Assembly (NCBI GenBank): GCA_947631415.1
Contig: CANRLG010000003.1
Span: forward strand, 8,265 to 72,264
Origin: an uncultured Clostridia bacterium
Lineage (GTDB): Bacteria; Bacillota; Clostridia; TANB77; CAG-465
DNA: 64,000 bases
Reading direction: 5' to 3'
The notes under the pieces were generated by a model, which did no database searches, was not told the DNA's origin, and was given only the letters and a program-made list of their open reading frames with translations. Shown in pieces: positions 8,068-17,540 of the stretch. Both the position numbers and the translations under genes were made by a program. Positions within the stretch are counted from its first letter, which is position 1. Each line of letters starts with the position of its first letter.

Positions 8068-8394
8068 ATGGATGAATTTAGCGGATGCACAGGTTCTTGT
8101 GGAACATGTGGAGGATGTGGACCAACTTCAGAAGATTCATTACCTATTCTAGTATTAACAGATGAAAATGGTAAAGAAGTTACATTTGAAAAACTAGATG
8201 TTGTTGTTTTAGATGGAAAATCATATATGATAGTATCTGAAATTAAAGAAGATGAATCAGATGAAATTGAAGTTGTTATTTTAGAAATAAAAGAAGAAAA
8301 TGGTTCTGAAGTATTTGATACAGTTTCAGACCAAGACTTATCTAAAAAAGTATATTCTATGTTTCTAAAACAACAAGGAATTGAAGAAGAATAA
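8068..8394 (+). CDS. DUF1292 (YrzB/UPF0473) family protein with Cys-rich N-terminus
   Basis: Core ILVLTDENGKEVTFEKLDVVVLDGKSYMIV and an acidic tail. The ireB-ruvX-DUF1292 order is conserved. The N-terminus is CTGSCGTCGGCG. Confidence 0.75.
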   Translation: MDEFSGCTGSCGTCGGCGPTSEDSLPILVLTDENGKEVTFEKLDVVVLDGKSYMIVSEIKEDESDEIEVVILEIKEENGSEVFDTVSDQDLSKKVYSMFLKQQGIEEE

Positions 8395-8410
8395 AAATAA
8401 AAATATATTA

Positions 8411-8435
8411 GGAGAGGGAATACCTCTCCTTTTTT
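8411..8435 (+). terminator. Rho-independent terminator
   Basis: GGAGAGG / CCTCTCC stem with a GAATA loop and a T6 run. Confidence 0.85.
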
Positions 8436-8582
8436 GGCTAAAATTATACTTTAAAACAAATAATTTTAAAATTTTTGGCAAATGTGAAAAGTTTGTGTTA
8501 GTAGTGATTTTTTAATGAAATGCTACATAATATGTTTATTTTTAAAAATTGCTGTGGTATAATAACTAACGGTGATAAAAAA

Positions 8583-9848
8583 ATGGAAAGTGCATACAAA
8601 TTATTTAATATTAGTGATGAATTGGAGCAAATTTCTAGAAAAACAGAAGAAGAGGTAAAAGATGTTTTTAAACAAATAGAAGAAATGGCTTTATACAATC
8701 AAGCAAGAGTTTTGAAAGCATTTCAAAATGTTCCAGTAACAACAGTTCATTTTGGAAAGACAACAGGTTATGGGCACGGCGATGCAGGTAGAGATGCAAT
8801 AGAAAAAATTTATGCTGAATTATTTAATACAGAAGATGCATTAGTAAGAGTTCAATTTGTTAGTGGAACACATACTATTGCTACAGCAATGAAAGCATTA
8901 CTAAATTATGGAGATAAAATACTTGCAATATCTGGTAAGCCTTATGATACTTTAAGTACAGTTATTGGTTTAGACTCAGACAATGAAATGTCATTAATTA
9001 AAAGAGGAATTAAGTATGACCAAATAGACTTAGATGAAAATGATAATTTTAAACTTGAAGATATAAAAGATTATTTAAAAAACAATGAAGTAAAAATGGT
9101 GCATATTCAAAGGTCAAGGGGATATGCGGTAAGAAAAGCATTACTTATCTCAGATATAGAACAAGTTGTTAAAGCAATTAGAAGTGTAGATGACAAAGTA
9201 ATTATTTTTGTAGATAATTGTTATGGCGAATTTACAGAAGAAAAAGAACCAACAGCAGTAGGAGCAGATATTTGTTGTGGTAGTTTAATAAAAAATGCTG
9301 GTGGTGGTCTTTGCGAAATGGGTGGTTATGTTTGCGGTAAAGCAAATTTAATAGATAAAGTAGTACAAGAACTATATGCACCTGGATTAGAAAAAGAGAA
9401 TGGAGCGACACTTGGACAAAACCAAAATATAATTCAAGGAATATTTATGGCACCAACAGTTGTTGAGTCTGCACTTAAAGCAATGACTTTTGCATCTAGA
9501 CTTTTTGAAAATCTAGGATGTAATGTATTTCCAAAATATACGGATAAAAGAAGTGATATAGTACAGATTATCAATTTTGGAGATAGAGAAAAGTTAATTA
9601 AATTTATACAAGGAATTCAATATGGTTCTCCAGTAGATAGTAATGTTGTACCAATGCCTTGGAGTATGCCAGGTTATACAGATGAAGTAATAATGGCAGC
9701 AGGAACATTTATGGAAGGTGCTTCTATAGAACTTTCAGCAGACTCTCCAATGAGAGAACCTTATGCAGCATATATGCAAGGAGGACTTTCGTATGAATCT
9801 GCTAAACTTGCAATTTTAATTGCAGCTCAAAAAATGCTAGGTGAATAA
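8583..9848 (+). CDS. PLP-dependent Cys/Met-metabolism-type enzyme (aluminium-resistance / YnbB-like methionine gamma-lyase family)
   Basis: About 421 aa counted from ATG 8583 (SD GGTGA upstream). YnbB-like motifs GKTTGYGHGDAGRD and GSLIKNAGGG. The track start at 8520 has no SD. Confidence 0.75.
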   Translation: MESAYKLFNISDELEQISRKTEEEVKDVFKQIEEMALYNQARVLKAFQNVPVTTVHFGKTTGYGHGDAGRDAIEKIYAELFNTEDALVRVQFVSGTHTIATAMKALLNYGDKILAISGKPYDTLSTVIGLDSDNEMSLIKRGIKYDQIDLDENDNFKLEDIKDYLKNNEVKMVHIQRSRGYAVRKALLISDIEQVVKAIRSVDDKVIIFVDNCYGEFTEEKEPTAVGADICCGSLIKNAGGGLCEMGGYVCGKANLIDKVVQELYAPGLEKENGATLGQNQNIIQGIFMAPTVVESALKAMTFASRLFENLGCNVFPKYTDKRSDIVQIINFGDREKLIKFIQGIQYGSPVDSNVVPMPWSMPGYTDEVIMAAGTFMEGASIELSADSPMREPYAAYMQGGLSYESAKLAILIAAQKMLGE

Positions 9849-9849
9849 T

Positions 9850-11085
9850 ATGAAAGTAATTGTAGTTGGCGGTGGTGCAGCAGGAATGATGGCTGCAATA
9901 ACTAGTGCTAAGGAAGGAAATGAAGTTATTTTATTAGAAAAAACACATAGTTGTGGAAATAAACTTAAAATAACTGGAAAAGGAAGATGCAATTTAACAT
10001 TTGATGGGGATATGGAAACGTTCCAAAAGAATGTTGTAAGGAATAATAAATTTATGTATAGTTCTTTTATGAATTTTACAAATTATGATACCTTAGAATA
10101 TTTTAATTCTTTAGGAGTTGAAACAAAACTTGAAAGAGGTGGAAGATATTTTCCTGTTTCGGATAAAGCAGAAAATGTTGTAAAAGCTTTAAAAAAAGAA
10201 TTAAAAAGGTTAAATGTTAAAATTGAATATGATACCTATCTAAAAGAATTAATAGTTAAAAATGGCGTTTTAGAAGAAATAAACACTAATAATGGAAAGT
10301 ATGTGGCAGATAAGTATATAATTTGTACTGGAGGAAAAAGCTATAAAGTAACAGGAAGTAGTGGAGAGGTTTTTGATATCATTTCAAAAGCTGGTCATAA
10401 TATAATAAAACTTAGACCAGGATTAGTTCCACTTAAATGCTCGGATAGCGAATGTAAAGAACTTCAAGGATTATCTTTAAGAAATGTTTCATTTAAAATT
10501 TTAGATAGTGGTAAACAAGTATATGAAGGTTTTGGTGAAATGCTATTTGCTCACTTTGGTATAACAGGACCTATAGTTCTAAGTGGCAGTAGTGTATTAA
10601 ATAGGGTAGATAATATAGATGAAAAATTTACAAATAACAGTATTTGTGGTATAATCGACCTGAAACCAGCGTTAGACCTAGAGAAATTGGATACTAGGGT
10701 ACAAAGAGATTTTGAGAAATTTTCAAACAAAGAATTTAAAAATTCACTCAATGATTTATTACCACAAAAGCTAATACCTGTAGTAATAAAAAGAAGTAAA
10801 ATCAATCCAGATAAAAAAGTACATCAAATAACACGAGAAGAAAGATTAAATCTTATAGATTGCATTAAAAACTTCAAATTAAACATTGTAGGACTTTTAC
10901 CAATAGATATTGGAATAATAACTTGTGGTGGAGTAGATGTAAAAGAAGTAAATCCTAAAACAATGGAATCTAAAATAATTAAAAATTTATTCTTTGCAGG
11001 AGAGGTATTAGATGTAGATGCTTTTACAGGAGGTTTTAATTTACAAATCGCTTTTTCTACAGCAGTAGCGGCTGGTAAAAATTAA
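9850..11085 (+). CDS. NAD(P)/FAD-dependent oxidoreductase, HI0933/BaiN family
   Basis: N-terminal dinucleotide fold MKVIVVGGGAAGMMAA, C-terminal GGVDVKEVNPKTMESK and FFAGEVLDVD motifs. ATG 9850 follows SD AGGTGA. Confidence 0.85.
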   Translation: MKVIVVGGGAAGMMAAITSAKEGNEVILLEKTHSCGNKLKITGKGRCNLTFDGDMETFQKNVVRNNKFMYSSFMNFTNYDTLEYFNSLGVETKLERGGRYFPVSDKAENVVKALKKELKRLNVKIEYDTYLKELIVKNGVLEEINTNNGKYVADKYIICTGGKSYKVTGSSGEVFDIISKAGHNIIKLRPGLVPLKCSDSECKELQGLSLRNVSFKILDSGKQVYEGFGEMLFAHFGITGPIVLSGSSVLNRVDNIDEKFTNNSICGIIDLKPALDLEKLDTRVQRDFEKFSNKEFKNSLNDLLPQKLIPVVIKRSKINPDKKVHQITREERLNLIDCIKNFKLNIVGLLPIDIGIITCGGVDVKEVNPKTMESKIIKNLFFAGEVLDVDAFTGGFNLQIAFSTAVAAGKN

Positions 11086-11099
11086 GGAGGTATGAAAAT

Positions 11100-12521
11100 A
11101 TGGATAATAATGAAAATCAAAATAATTTTAACAATAACAACAGTAATAATTATAATGCAGATAATGGCAATAATTATGGTGGTTACACACCTAATCAATA
11201 TGTTCAACAAGAAACATATTATCAAAACGCACCTGAAAATAATGCAAACGTAAATAATAGTTATAATACTAATAATAGCAATAATACTAATTTTGATAAT
11301 AATAACTACAATAACGGTAATTTTAATAACAATAATAACTTTAACAATAATAATAACTACAATGGAAATGTTAATAACAATATTCCAAAAAAGACAGAAG
11401 TTAAGTTATATAAACAATCTTCAGGCACAGGAAAGATTGTAGCGGTATCATTATTGGTTGCTATAATAGTATCTATTATTAGCAGTGCAACAACATATAT
11501 TATTATAAAACACGGAGGAATAACAAAGACTTTAAGTGATATAACATATAGTGTAGAAGATGTTGAAAATCCAGTTGTTGCAGTTTCAAAAATTGCAGGA
11601 CCATCAGTTGTTGGCGTAAAAGTAGATTTTTATGAGCAGAGTATGTTTGGACAATTAGAAGAAGGAGAGGCTGAGGGCTCAGGAATTATCTATACAGAAG
11701 ATGGGTATATAATAACTAATAACCATGTTATTGAAGATGCAGTTAATTCTTCAAGTGCGTCAGTAACAATTACTTTATCTGACGGAACAGAATATGAAGC
11801 AGAAATAATAGGTAGAGATGAAACAACAGACCTTGCACTTTTAAAAATAGAAGCTAATGGATTAAATGCTGCAAAATTTGGAAATTCAGATGAATTACAA
11901 GTAGGAGAAATTGCAGTTGCAATAGGAAATCCTCTTGGCTCAGAATTTGCAGGAAGTGTTACAGGTGGATATATAAGTGCCTTAGATAGAACTTTAACTA
12001 TTGATAGCACTTCATATAAATTAATTCAAACAGATGCTGCAATAAATCCTGGAAACAGTGGAGGAGCATTAGTAAATGCTAAAGGAGAAGTTATAGGAAT
12101 AAATTCTGCTAAAATATCTAGTACTGGAGTAGAAGGATTAGGATTTGCTATCCCAATAAACGAAGCACTAAATATTATAGAGCAACTTAAGACTACAGGA
12201 AAAATTATTCGTCCATATATTGGAATTTATGGCTTAGATTTAGATGAAACAATGGCTAAAAGAAATAGTTTAGTAGAAGGAGTGTATGTATATCAAGTAT
12301 ATACAAATTCACCTGCTCAAAAAGCTGGAATAACTAGAGGAGATATAATAGTTGGAATTGATGGAAAAGATATAACAACTACACAAGAACTTAACGAAAT
12401 TAAGAATACAAAACAAATAGGTGATGAAGTAGAACTAAAAGTTTATAGAAATGGAAAATACGAAACACTAAAAGTTACTTTAGACAGTGATGAAAGAGCA
12501 TCAGAAACAGCTACAAACTAA
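11100..12521 (+). CDS. htrA: HtrA/DegP-family serine protease (trypsin-like domain plus PDZ) with Asn-rich N-terminal tail and one TM helix
   Basis: Catalytic triad context TNNHV (His), DLALLKI (Asp) and GNSGGAL (Ser). C-terminal PDZ (GDIIVGIDGKDI). SD AAGGAGG lies 9 nt upstream. Confidence 0.9.
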   Translation: MDNNENQNNFNNNNSNNYNADNGNNYGGYTPNQYVQQETYYQNAPENNANVNNSYNTNNSNNTNFDNNNYNNGNFNNNNNFNNNNNYNGNVNNNIPKKTEVKLYKQSSGTGKIVAVSLLVAIIVSIISSATTYIIIKHGGITKTLSDITYSVEDVENPVVAVSKIAGPSVVGVKVDFYEQSMFGQLEEGEAEGSGIIYTEDGYIITNNHVIEDAVNSSSASVTITLSDGTEYEAEIIGRDETTDLALLKIEANGLNAAKFGNSDELQVGEIAVAIGNPLGSEFAGSVTGGYISALDRTLTIDSTSYKLIQTDAAINPGNSGGALVNAKGEVIGINSAKISSTGVEGLGFAIPINEALNIIEQLKTTGKIIRPYIGIYGLDLDETMAKRNSLVEGVYVYQVYTNSPAQKAGITRGDIIVGIDGKDITTTQELNEIKNTKQIGDEVELKVYRNGKYETLKVTLDSDERASETATN

Positions 12522-12528
12522 AAATAGA

Positions 12529-12563
12529 AACAACTATGAGATAAAATCTTATAGTTGTTTTTT
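12529..12563 (+). terminator. Rho-independent terminator after htrA
   Basis: 14-bp stem AACAACTATGAGAT / ATCTTATAGTTGTT (one G-U pair) followed by a T-run. Confidence 0.85.
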
Positions 12564-12584
12564 ATATAATATTATGTAAATCTA

Positions 12585-12613
12585 TTGCTTTTAGAAGTGC
12601 TTTGATGTATAAT
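12585..12613 (+). promoter_or_regulatory. Sigma-A-type promoter candidate
   Basis: TTGCTT, 17-nt spacer, TATAAT, with a TG extended -10. Confidence 0.5.
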
Positions 12614-12694
12614 ATTTTGCAGACACTATATATTTACGTATACTTTCTTTTAAATCATAATTGAAAAAATTTTAAAAAAAGGAGGAGTAAATAG

Positions 12695-13972
12695 ATGAAA
12701 AAAATATTATACATTTTCATCACAATAATTATTATTGCTTTAATATTTGTTGCTTCTAAGTTGTTTATAGAAAATAATTGTAAATTAGAAGTTAAACAAA
12801 CTATGAGGGAATCTTGTTCATTACAAGTAACTCAGAAAGAAATTGAAGATAAAGATAATTATTACTCAGAAATTGAGAAATTAAATTCTCAAACATTTAT
12901 GGATGAGCAAGTAAATACATACATTGCCTCAATCCGAAGTGATTTTATTGAAGAAACTAAATCATACAATAAGTTGAAGAAAGGTGAAAGAGCAGTAATT
13001 ACTGATACGATTGATTCATATGAAGTAAATGACAATTTATATGGAATACGAATAACTATTAACATGAAAAAAGTTAACTCAGATGAATATACTACAATAA
13101 TTAAAACATATAATTTTGATAGTACAAATCAAAAAGAAATCAATTTAAACGATTTATTTAAAAGTGGTTATGAAGAAATTGTTGGAAAATATGACCAAGT
13201 GCTTTTAAAAGAGAAAGCTATGTACTTATATGATGGCGAATATCTAAATGAAGTAAAATACAATGATTTAAAAGAATATGTAATTAAAGATATGCTTTTA
13301 TCACAAAATTTAGATATTACTCAAGAGGAATATGATGAACTATTTGCAAGTAAGGTAGACCCAAATAAAAAAATGGTTGCAATTACTTTTGATGATGGAC
13401 CAAATCCTAATAACACACCACAGATATTGGAAGCATTAAAACAAAATAATGCTAAAGCTACATTTTTTATGCTAGGTCAAAATGTAAAACAATATCCTGA
13501 AACTGTTAAATCTGTATATGACCTAGGTAATGAAATTGGAATACATACATGGGATCATCCTCAACTTACTAAATTAAGTGTAGAAAATATTAAAAAACAA
13601 GTAAGTGATACATCAGATGCTATATTTGAAATAACGGGGTATAGACCAACTATTGTTAGACCACCTTATGGTTCTTTTAATGATACTGTTAAGTCTACTT
13701 TAAGTGATTATTCATTAATTTTATGGAACATAGACTCTCTTGATTGGAAAAGTAGAGATGAAAACAAGTTTGTACCACTTGTAATGAATGATGTTCAAGA
13801 TGGTGATATTATATTATTACATGATATACATAGTACAACTGTGCCAGGAGCTCAAAAAATTATAACTCAACTTACTGAACAAGGCTACCAATTAGTAACT
13901 GTTTCTGAGCTTATAGAGGCAAAAGGTTATGATACAAGTAAAGCACAAGTTTTTTATAGTGGAAGACAATAA
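12695..13972 (+). CDS. Membrane-anchored polysaccharide (peptidoglycan) deacetylase, PdaC-like
   Basis: N-terminal TM helix, then a middle domain of about 200 aa, then a NodB domain with motifs TFDDGP, HTWDHP, RPPYG and LLHD. Confidence 0.8.
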   Translation: MKKILYIFITIIIIALIFVASKLFIENNCKLEVKQTMRESCSLQVTQKEIEDKDNYYSEIEKLNSQTFMDEQVNTYIASIRSDFIEETKSYNKLKKGERAVITDTIDSYEVNDNLYGIRITINMKKVNSDEYTTIIKTYNFDSTNQKEINLNDLFKSGYEEIVGKYDQVLLKEKAMYLYDGEYLNEVKYNDLKEYVIKDMLLSQNLDITQEEYDELFASKVDPNKKMVAITFDDGPNPNNTPQILEALKQNNAKATFFMLGQNVKQYPETVKSVYDLGNEIGIHTWDHPQLTKLSVENIKKQVSDTSDAIFEITGYRPTIVRPPYGSFNDTVKSTLSDYSLILWNIDSLDWKSRDENKFVPLVMNDVQDGDIILLHDIHSTTVPGAQKIITQLTEQGYQLVTVSELIEAKGYDTSKAQVFYSGRQ

Positions 13973-13976
13973 TTAG

Positions 13977-14007
13977 AAAACAACCTAATTTTTTTAGGTT
14001 GTTTTTT
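13977..14007 (+). terminator. Rho-independent terminator
   Basis: AAAACAACCTA / TAGGTTGTTTT stem followed by a T-run. Confidence 0.85.
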
Positions 14008-14034
14008 ATATGCAAATGTTATCTTAATTCTTTT

Positions 14035-14063
14035 TTGATTTATTTGCTTTTTTATTGTATAAT
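14035..14063 (+). promoter_or_regulatory. Sigma-A-type promoter candidate for topB
   Basis: TTGATT, 17-nt spacer, TATAAT. It overlaps the track's upstream TTG start, which supports ATG 14085 as the true start. Confidence 0.5.
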
Positions 14064-14084
14064 AAGCATATTGGAGAGTATGAT

Positions 14085-16058
14085 ATGGCAAAAAAAGTAA
14101 TAATAACAGAAAAACCTAGCGTAGCAATGGAATTTGCAAAAGCTTTAAAAATAAATACAAATCGAAAAGATGGATATATAGAATCAGATGAATGGATAAT
14201 AACTTGGTGTGTGGGACATCTTGTTACAATGAGTTATCCAGAAGTATATGATGAAAAATTACGTTTTTGGCGTTTAGATACACTTCCTTTTCTACCAAAA
14301 GAATGGAAATATGAGGTTATATCTAATGTGGAAAAACAGTTTAATATTGTAAAAAGTTTACTTCAAAGAGAAGATATAGATATTATATATAATGCAGGAG
14401 ACTCAGGGCGTGAGGGAGAATATATACAAAGGCTTGTTTTTATGATGGCAAAACCTAATCCAAATGCAAAGATGAAAAGAGTTTGGATTGATTCTCAGAC
14501 AGAAGAAGAAATACTTAGGGGAATTAAAGAGGCAAAAGATTTATGCGAATATGATAGTTTGTCTGATGCTGCATATTTAAGAGCAAAAGAAGATTATTTA
14601 ATAGGAATAAATTTTTCAAGGTTGTTATCTTTATTATATGCTAAAAATTTAGCTAAAAGTATGAATGAAGATAGAGCAGTTATATCTATTGGTAGAGTAA
14701 TGACTTGTGTACTTGGACTTGTAGTAACTCGTGAAAGAGAAATCAAAAATTTCAAAAAAGTTAGTTTTTATAAAATAAGAGGGATATTTTCAAAAGAAAA
14801 TGATGCTAGTTTTATAGGAAATTTCAAATCGCTCGAAGGTTCAAAGGTATTTGAATCACCTAGATTGTATAATGAAACAGGCTTTAAGAAAAAAGAAGAT
14901 GCTTTAAAATTTATAGATTATTTAAAGAAAAATGATAGTGCTAAAGTAGAGAGCATTACTAAGAAGAAAATAAAAGAGAATGCACCACTATTATTTAATT
15001 TGGCAGAGGCTCAAAATGAATGTACAAGAAAATTTAAGTTAAGTCCAGATGAAACTTTACAAACTATACAAAATTTATATGAAAAAAAACTAGTTACTTA
15101 TCCAAGAACTGATGCAAGAGTTCTTTCAACTGCAGTTGCTAAAGTAATAACTAAAAACTTAAATGGACTTGCTAAGATGAATGTTAGTGAGGAAATAGAT
15201 GAGTTTTTAAAAAAGATGTCTACTGAAAAATATAATACTAAATTAGAAAAAACGAAGTATGTAGATGATAAAAAAATAACAGACCACTATGCAATAATAC
15301 CTACTGGAGAGGGAAAAGAAAATTTAGCAAAACTAACTCAAAAAGAGCGAAATGTATATGAATTAATAGTAAAAAGATTTTTATCAATTTTTTATCCTCC
15401 AGCAGAATATAATAGAATAAGTATTACATTAAAAGTTGCAGATGAAAGCTTCTTTGCAAGTGGAAAAGTTTGTACAAATCTTGGATATCTTGAAATTTAT
15501 AAAAATGATAAAGTTATAAAAGAAGTTAGCGAAGAAGAAAAAAAAGAAGATGATGATGAAGATATAGATGATGTAGCAATTCTAGATAAATTAAAAAAAG
15601 GAGATACAGTAAATATATCAGATTTTGTACTTAAAGAAGGAGAAACAACTCCGCCCAAAAGATATAATTCTGGTGCAATGATTTTAGCAATGGAAAATGC
15701 AGGAAAGTTAATAGAAGATGAAACTTTACGTGAACAAATTAAGGGTAGCGGAATAGGTACAAGTGCTACTAGAGCTGAAATAATAAAAAAACTAATTAAA
15801 ATAGATTATATAAGTGCAAATCCTAAAACTCAAATACTTACTCCAACAAAACGTGGTGAAAATGTATATGACATAGTATCAAAAACAATGCCAGATATGT
15901 TAAATCCAGAACTTACAGCAAGTTGGGAAAAGGGGCTAACTATGGTTGCGCAAAAAGAAATTAGTGCAGATGAATTTATGGAAAAATTAGAAAGATATAT
16001 TAGAGATAAAGTTGTCAAATTTAAAAATATTAGAAATCAATATTTGTATGGATACTAA
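14085..16058 (+). CDS. topB: DNA topoisomerase III (type IA)
   Basis: Toprim N-terminus VIITEKPSVA, CVGHL, and active-site tyrosine context VTYPRTDA. SD GGAGAG precedes ATG 14085. Confidence 0.85.
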   Translation: MAKKVIITEKPSVAMEFAKALKINTNRKDGYIESDEWIITWCVGHLVTMSYPEVYDEKLRFWRLDTLPFLPKEWKYEVISNVEKQFNIVKSLLQREDIDIIYNAGDSGREGEYIQRLVFMMAKPNPNAKMKRVWIDSQTEEEILRGIKEAKDLCEYDSLSDAAYLRAKEDYLIGINFSRLLSLLYAKNLAKSMNEDRAVISIGRVMTCVLGLVVTREREIKNFKKVSFYKIRGIFSKENDASFIGNFKSLEGSKVFESPRLYNETGFKKKEDALKFIDYLKKNDSAKVESITKKKIKENAPLLFNLAEAQNECTRKFKLSPDETLQTIQNLYEKKLVTYPRTDARVLSTAVAKVITKNLNGLAKMNVSEEIDEFLKKMSTEKYNTKLEKTKYVDDKKITDHYAIIPTGEGKENLAKLTQKERNVYELIVKRFLSIFYPPAEYNRISITLKVADESFFASGKVCTNLGYLEIYKNDKVIKEVSEEEKKEDDDEDIDDVAILDKLKKGDTVNISDFVLKEGETTPPKRYNSGAMILAMENAGKLIEDETLREQIKGSGIGTSATRAEIIKKLIKIDYISANPKTQILTPTKRGENVYDIVSKTMPDMLNPELTASWEKGLTMVAQKEISADEFMEKLERYIRDKVVKFKNIRNQYLYGY

Positions 16059-16130
16059 TTATTGCTTTTTTATTATTTTAATGTATAATTATAATAGAGA
16101 ATTTTTAAGTAAAAGGAGAGAATAAACAAT

Positions 16131-16679
16131 ATGGAATATCAAGAATTAGAAGATAAAATGCAAAAAGCTATAGATTATCTAATAGATGAACTTGCAGGTA
16201 TTAGAGCAGGGAGAGCAAATCCTGCCATATTAAATAAAGTTACAGTTGCATACTATGGTGCTCAAACACCATTAAATCAAGTTGCAGCAATTTCTGTTCC
16301 AGAGGCTAGGCAAATTTTAGTTACTCCTTGGGATAGGTCTTTACTAGGCGAAATAACAAAGGCAATTCAAGTTGCAGATATTGGTGTAAACCCAATAAAT
16401 GATGGAAATGGTGTAAGACTTACTTTTCCAGAATTAAACGAAGATAGAAGAAAACAAATAGTTAAAGAAGTAAAAGCACTTGGAGAAGATGCAAAAGTAG
16501 CAATTAGAAATGCTAGAAGAGATGGAATTGAAGAAGCAAAAAAATTAAAAAATGATGGTGAAATGACAGAAGATGAATTAAAAGGTGCTGAAGAAAAAAT
16601 ACAAAAAATAACAGATAAATACACAGAAAAAGTAGATGAAGCTATTTCTAAGAAAGAAAAAGAAGTAATGGAGGTATAA
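16131..16679 (+). CDS. frr: Ribosome recycling factor
   Basis: 182 aa. The protein shows the conserved Frr sequence along its full length (IRAGRANPAILNKV..., LTFPELNEDRRK). Confidence 0.95.
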   Translation: MEYQELEDKMQKAIDYLIDELAGIRAGRANPAILNKVTVAYYGAQTPLNQVAAISVPEARQILVTPWDRSLLGEITKAIQVADIGVNPINDGNGVRLTFPELNEDRRKQIVKEVKALGEDAKVAIRNARRDGIEEAKKLKNDGEMTEDELKGAEEKIQKITDKYTEKVDEAISKKEKEVMEV

Positions 16680-16701
16680 TTACTTCGGTTAGGAGAAAAA
16701 A

Positions 16702-17526
16702 TTGAAAGATAACGTAAAAAGAATTGCTACTGGATTTATTTTTATGGTAGTTATAATTTCAGTACTAGTTTTAAATAATACAATTGTGGATACAGTATTT
16801 GTAACGTTATTATCTTTATGTGGGATATATGAATATAATAAGTGTTTTAAAGCAAAAGATATGCATCCAATACCATTTATAGGGTATATTGGCTGTCTGG
16901 CTATTCCACTTATTGGAACATCCTTAGATTTTAATATTAAAGTATCTATTGGTGCAATAGGAATAATTATTGCACTTATATATATGTTTACGTATATAGT
17001 AATTAAAAAATTAGAAGTGAATATAGTGGACATAGCAATTACAATGTTTTCTATTATTTTTGTTCCATTTATGTTTTCTTTTATAAAACTATTATTAATG
17101 TTACCTCTTGGTAGAGTATATTTTCTACTAGCTTTTGGTTGCTCTACCGCAACTGACACTTTTGCTTATGAGATTGGTTCAAAATTTGGAAAACATAAGC
17201 TAACACCAGTTAGTCCAAAAAAGAGTGTAGAAGGTTCTGTTGCAGGTATCGTAGGTACAATGGTTGTGTGTGGAATAATAGCTTTAGTTACAAATACATA
17301 TTTTAGTACAAATTTCAATATAATATTAGTAGTCTTAATGAGTGCTATTTTAAGTGTCATAGGTCAAATAGGAGATTTAGCTGCTTCATCTATTAAAAGA
17401 TATTGTGGCGTTAAAGATTTTGGAAAAATAATGCCTGGACATGGAGGAATACTTGATAGATTTGACTCTATTCTATTTATAGCACCTCTAATGTACGCTA
17501 TTATATATATAAGTAATATTATTTAA
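16702..17526 (+). CDS. cdsA: Phosphatidate cytidylyltransferase
   Basis: TTG start after SD AGGAGA. Polytopic membrane protein with the CdsA signature SSIKRYCGVKDFGKIMPGHGGILDRFDS. Confidence 0.9.
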   Translation: MKDNVKRIATGFIFMVVIISVLVLNNTIVDTVFVTLLSLCGIYEYNKCFKAKDMHPIPFIGYIGCLAIPLIGTSLDFNIKVSIGAIGIIIALIYMFTYIVIKKLEVNIVDIAITMFSIIFVPFMFSFIKLLLMLPLGRVYFLLAFGCSTATDTFAYEIGSKFGKHKLTPVSPKKSVEGSVAGIVGTMVVCGIIALVTNTYFSTNFNIILVVLMSAILSVIGQIGDLAASSIKRYCGVKDFGKIMPGHGGILDRFDSILFIAPLMYAIIYISNII

Positions 17527-17540
17527 GGAGGAAGAATATA

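Noticed and set aside
11092-11253. A 53-codon Ile-rich ORF starting 1 nt after the AAGGAGG upstream of htrA.
   Set aside because: The SD-to-ATG spacing is too short. The ORF is the +1-frame reading of the AAT/AAC repeats that encode the Asn-rich tail.
12555-12582. dif-like site. TTATGTAAATC (12572-12582) resembles the XerD arm TTATGTAAACT of the Firmicute dif consensus and is preceded by an AT-rich 6-nt spacer.
   Set aside because: The would-be XerC arm (TTGTTTTTTAT) does not match ACTTCCTAGAA and is simply the htrA terminator T-tract. A half-site match in DNA this AT-rich is not significant.
14055-14084. N-terminally extended ORF starts given by the track at 14055, and likewise at 8520, 24796, 34005, 44008, 48889, 57305, 60924 and 61524.
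   Set aside because: In each case an internal ATG is preceded by a well-spaced SD and gives the conserved family N-terminus. The upstream start lacks an SD or overlaps a promoter, a terminator or the preceding gene.
16689-17360. Antisense ORFs (156 and 64 aa) opposite cdsA.
   Set aside because: cdsA carries its full family signature on the + strand, so the antisense ORFs are compositional artefacts.
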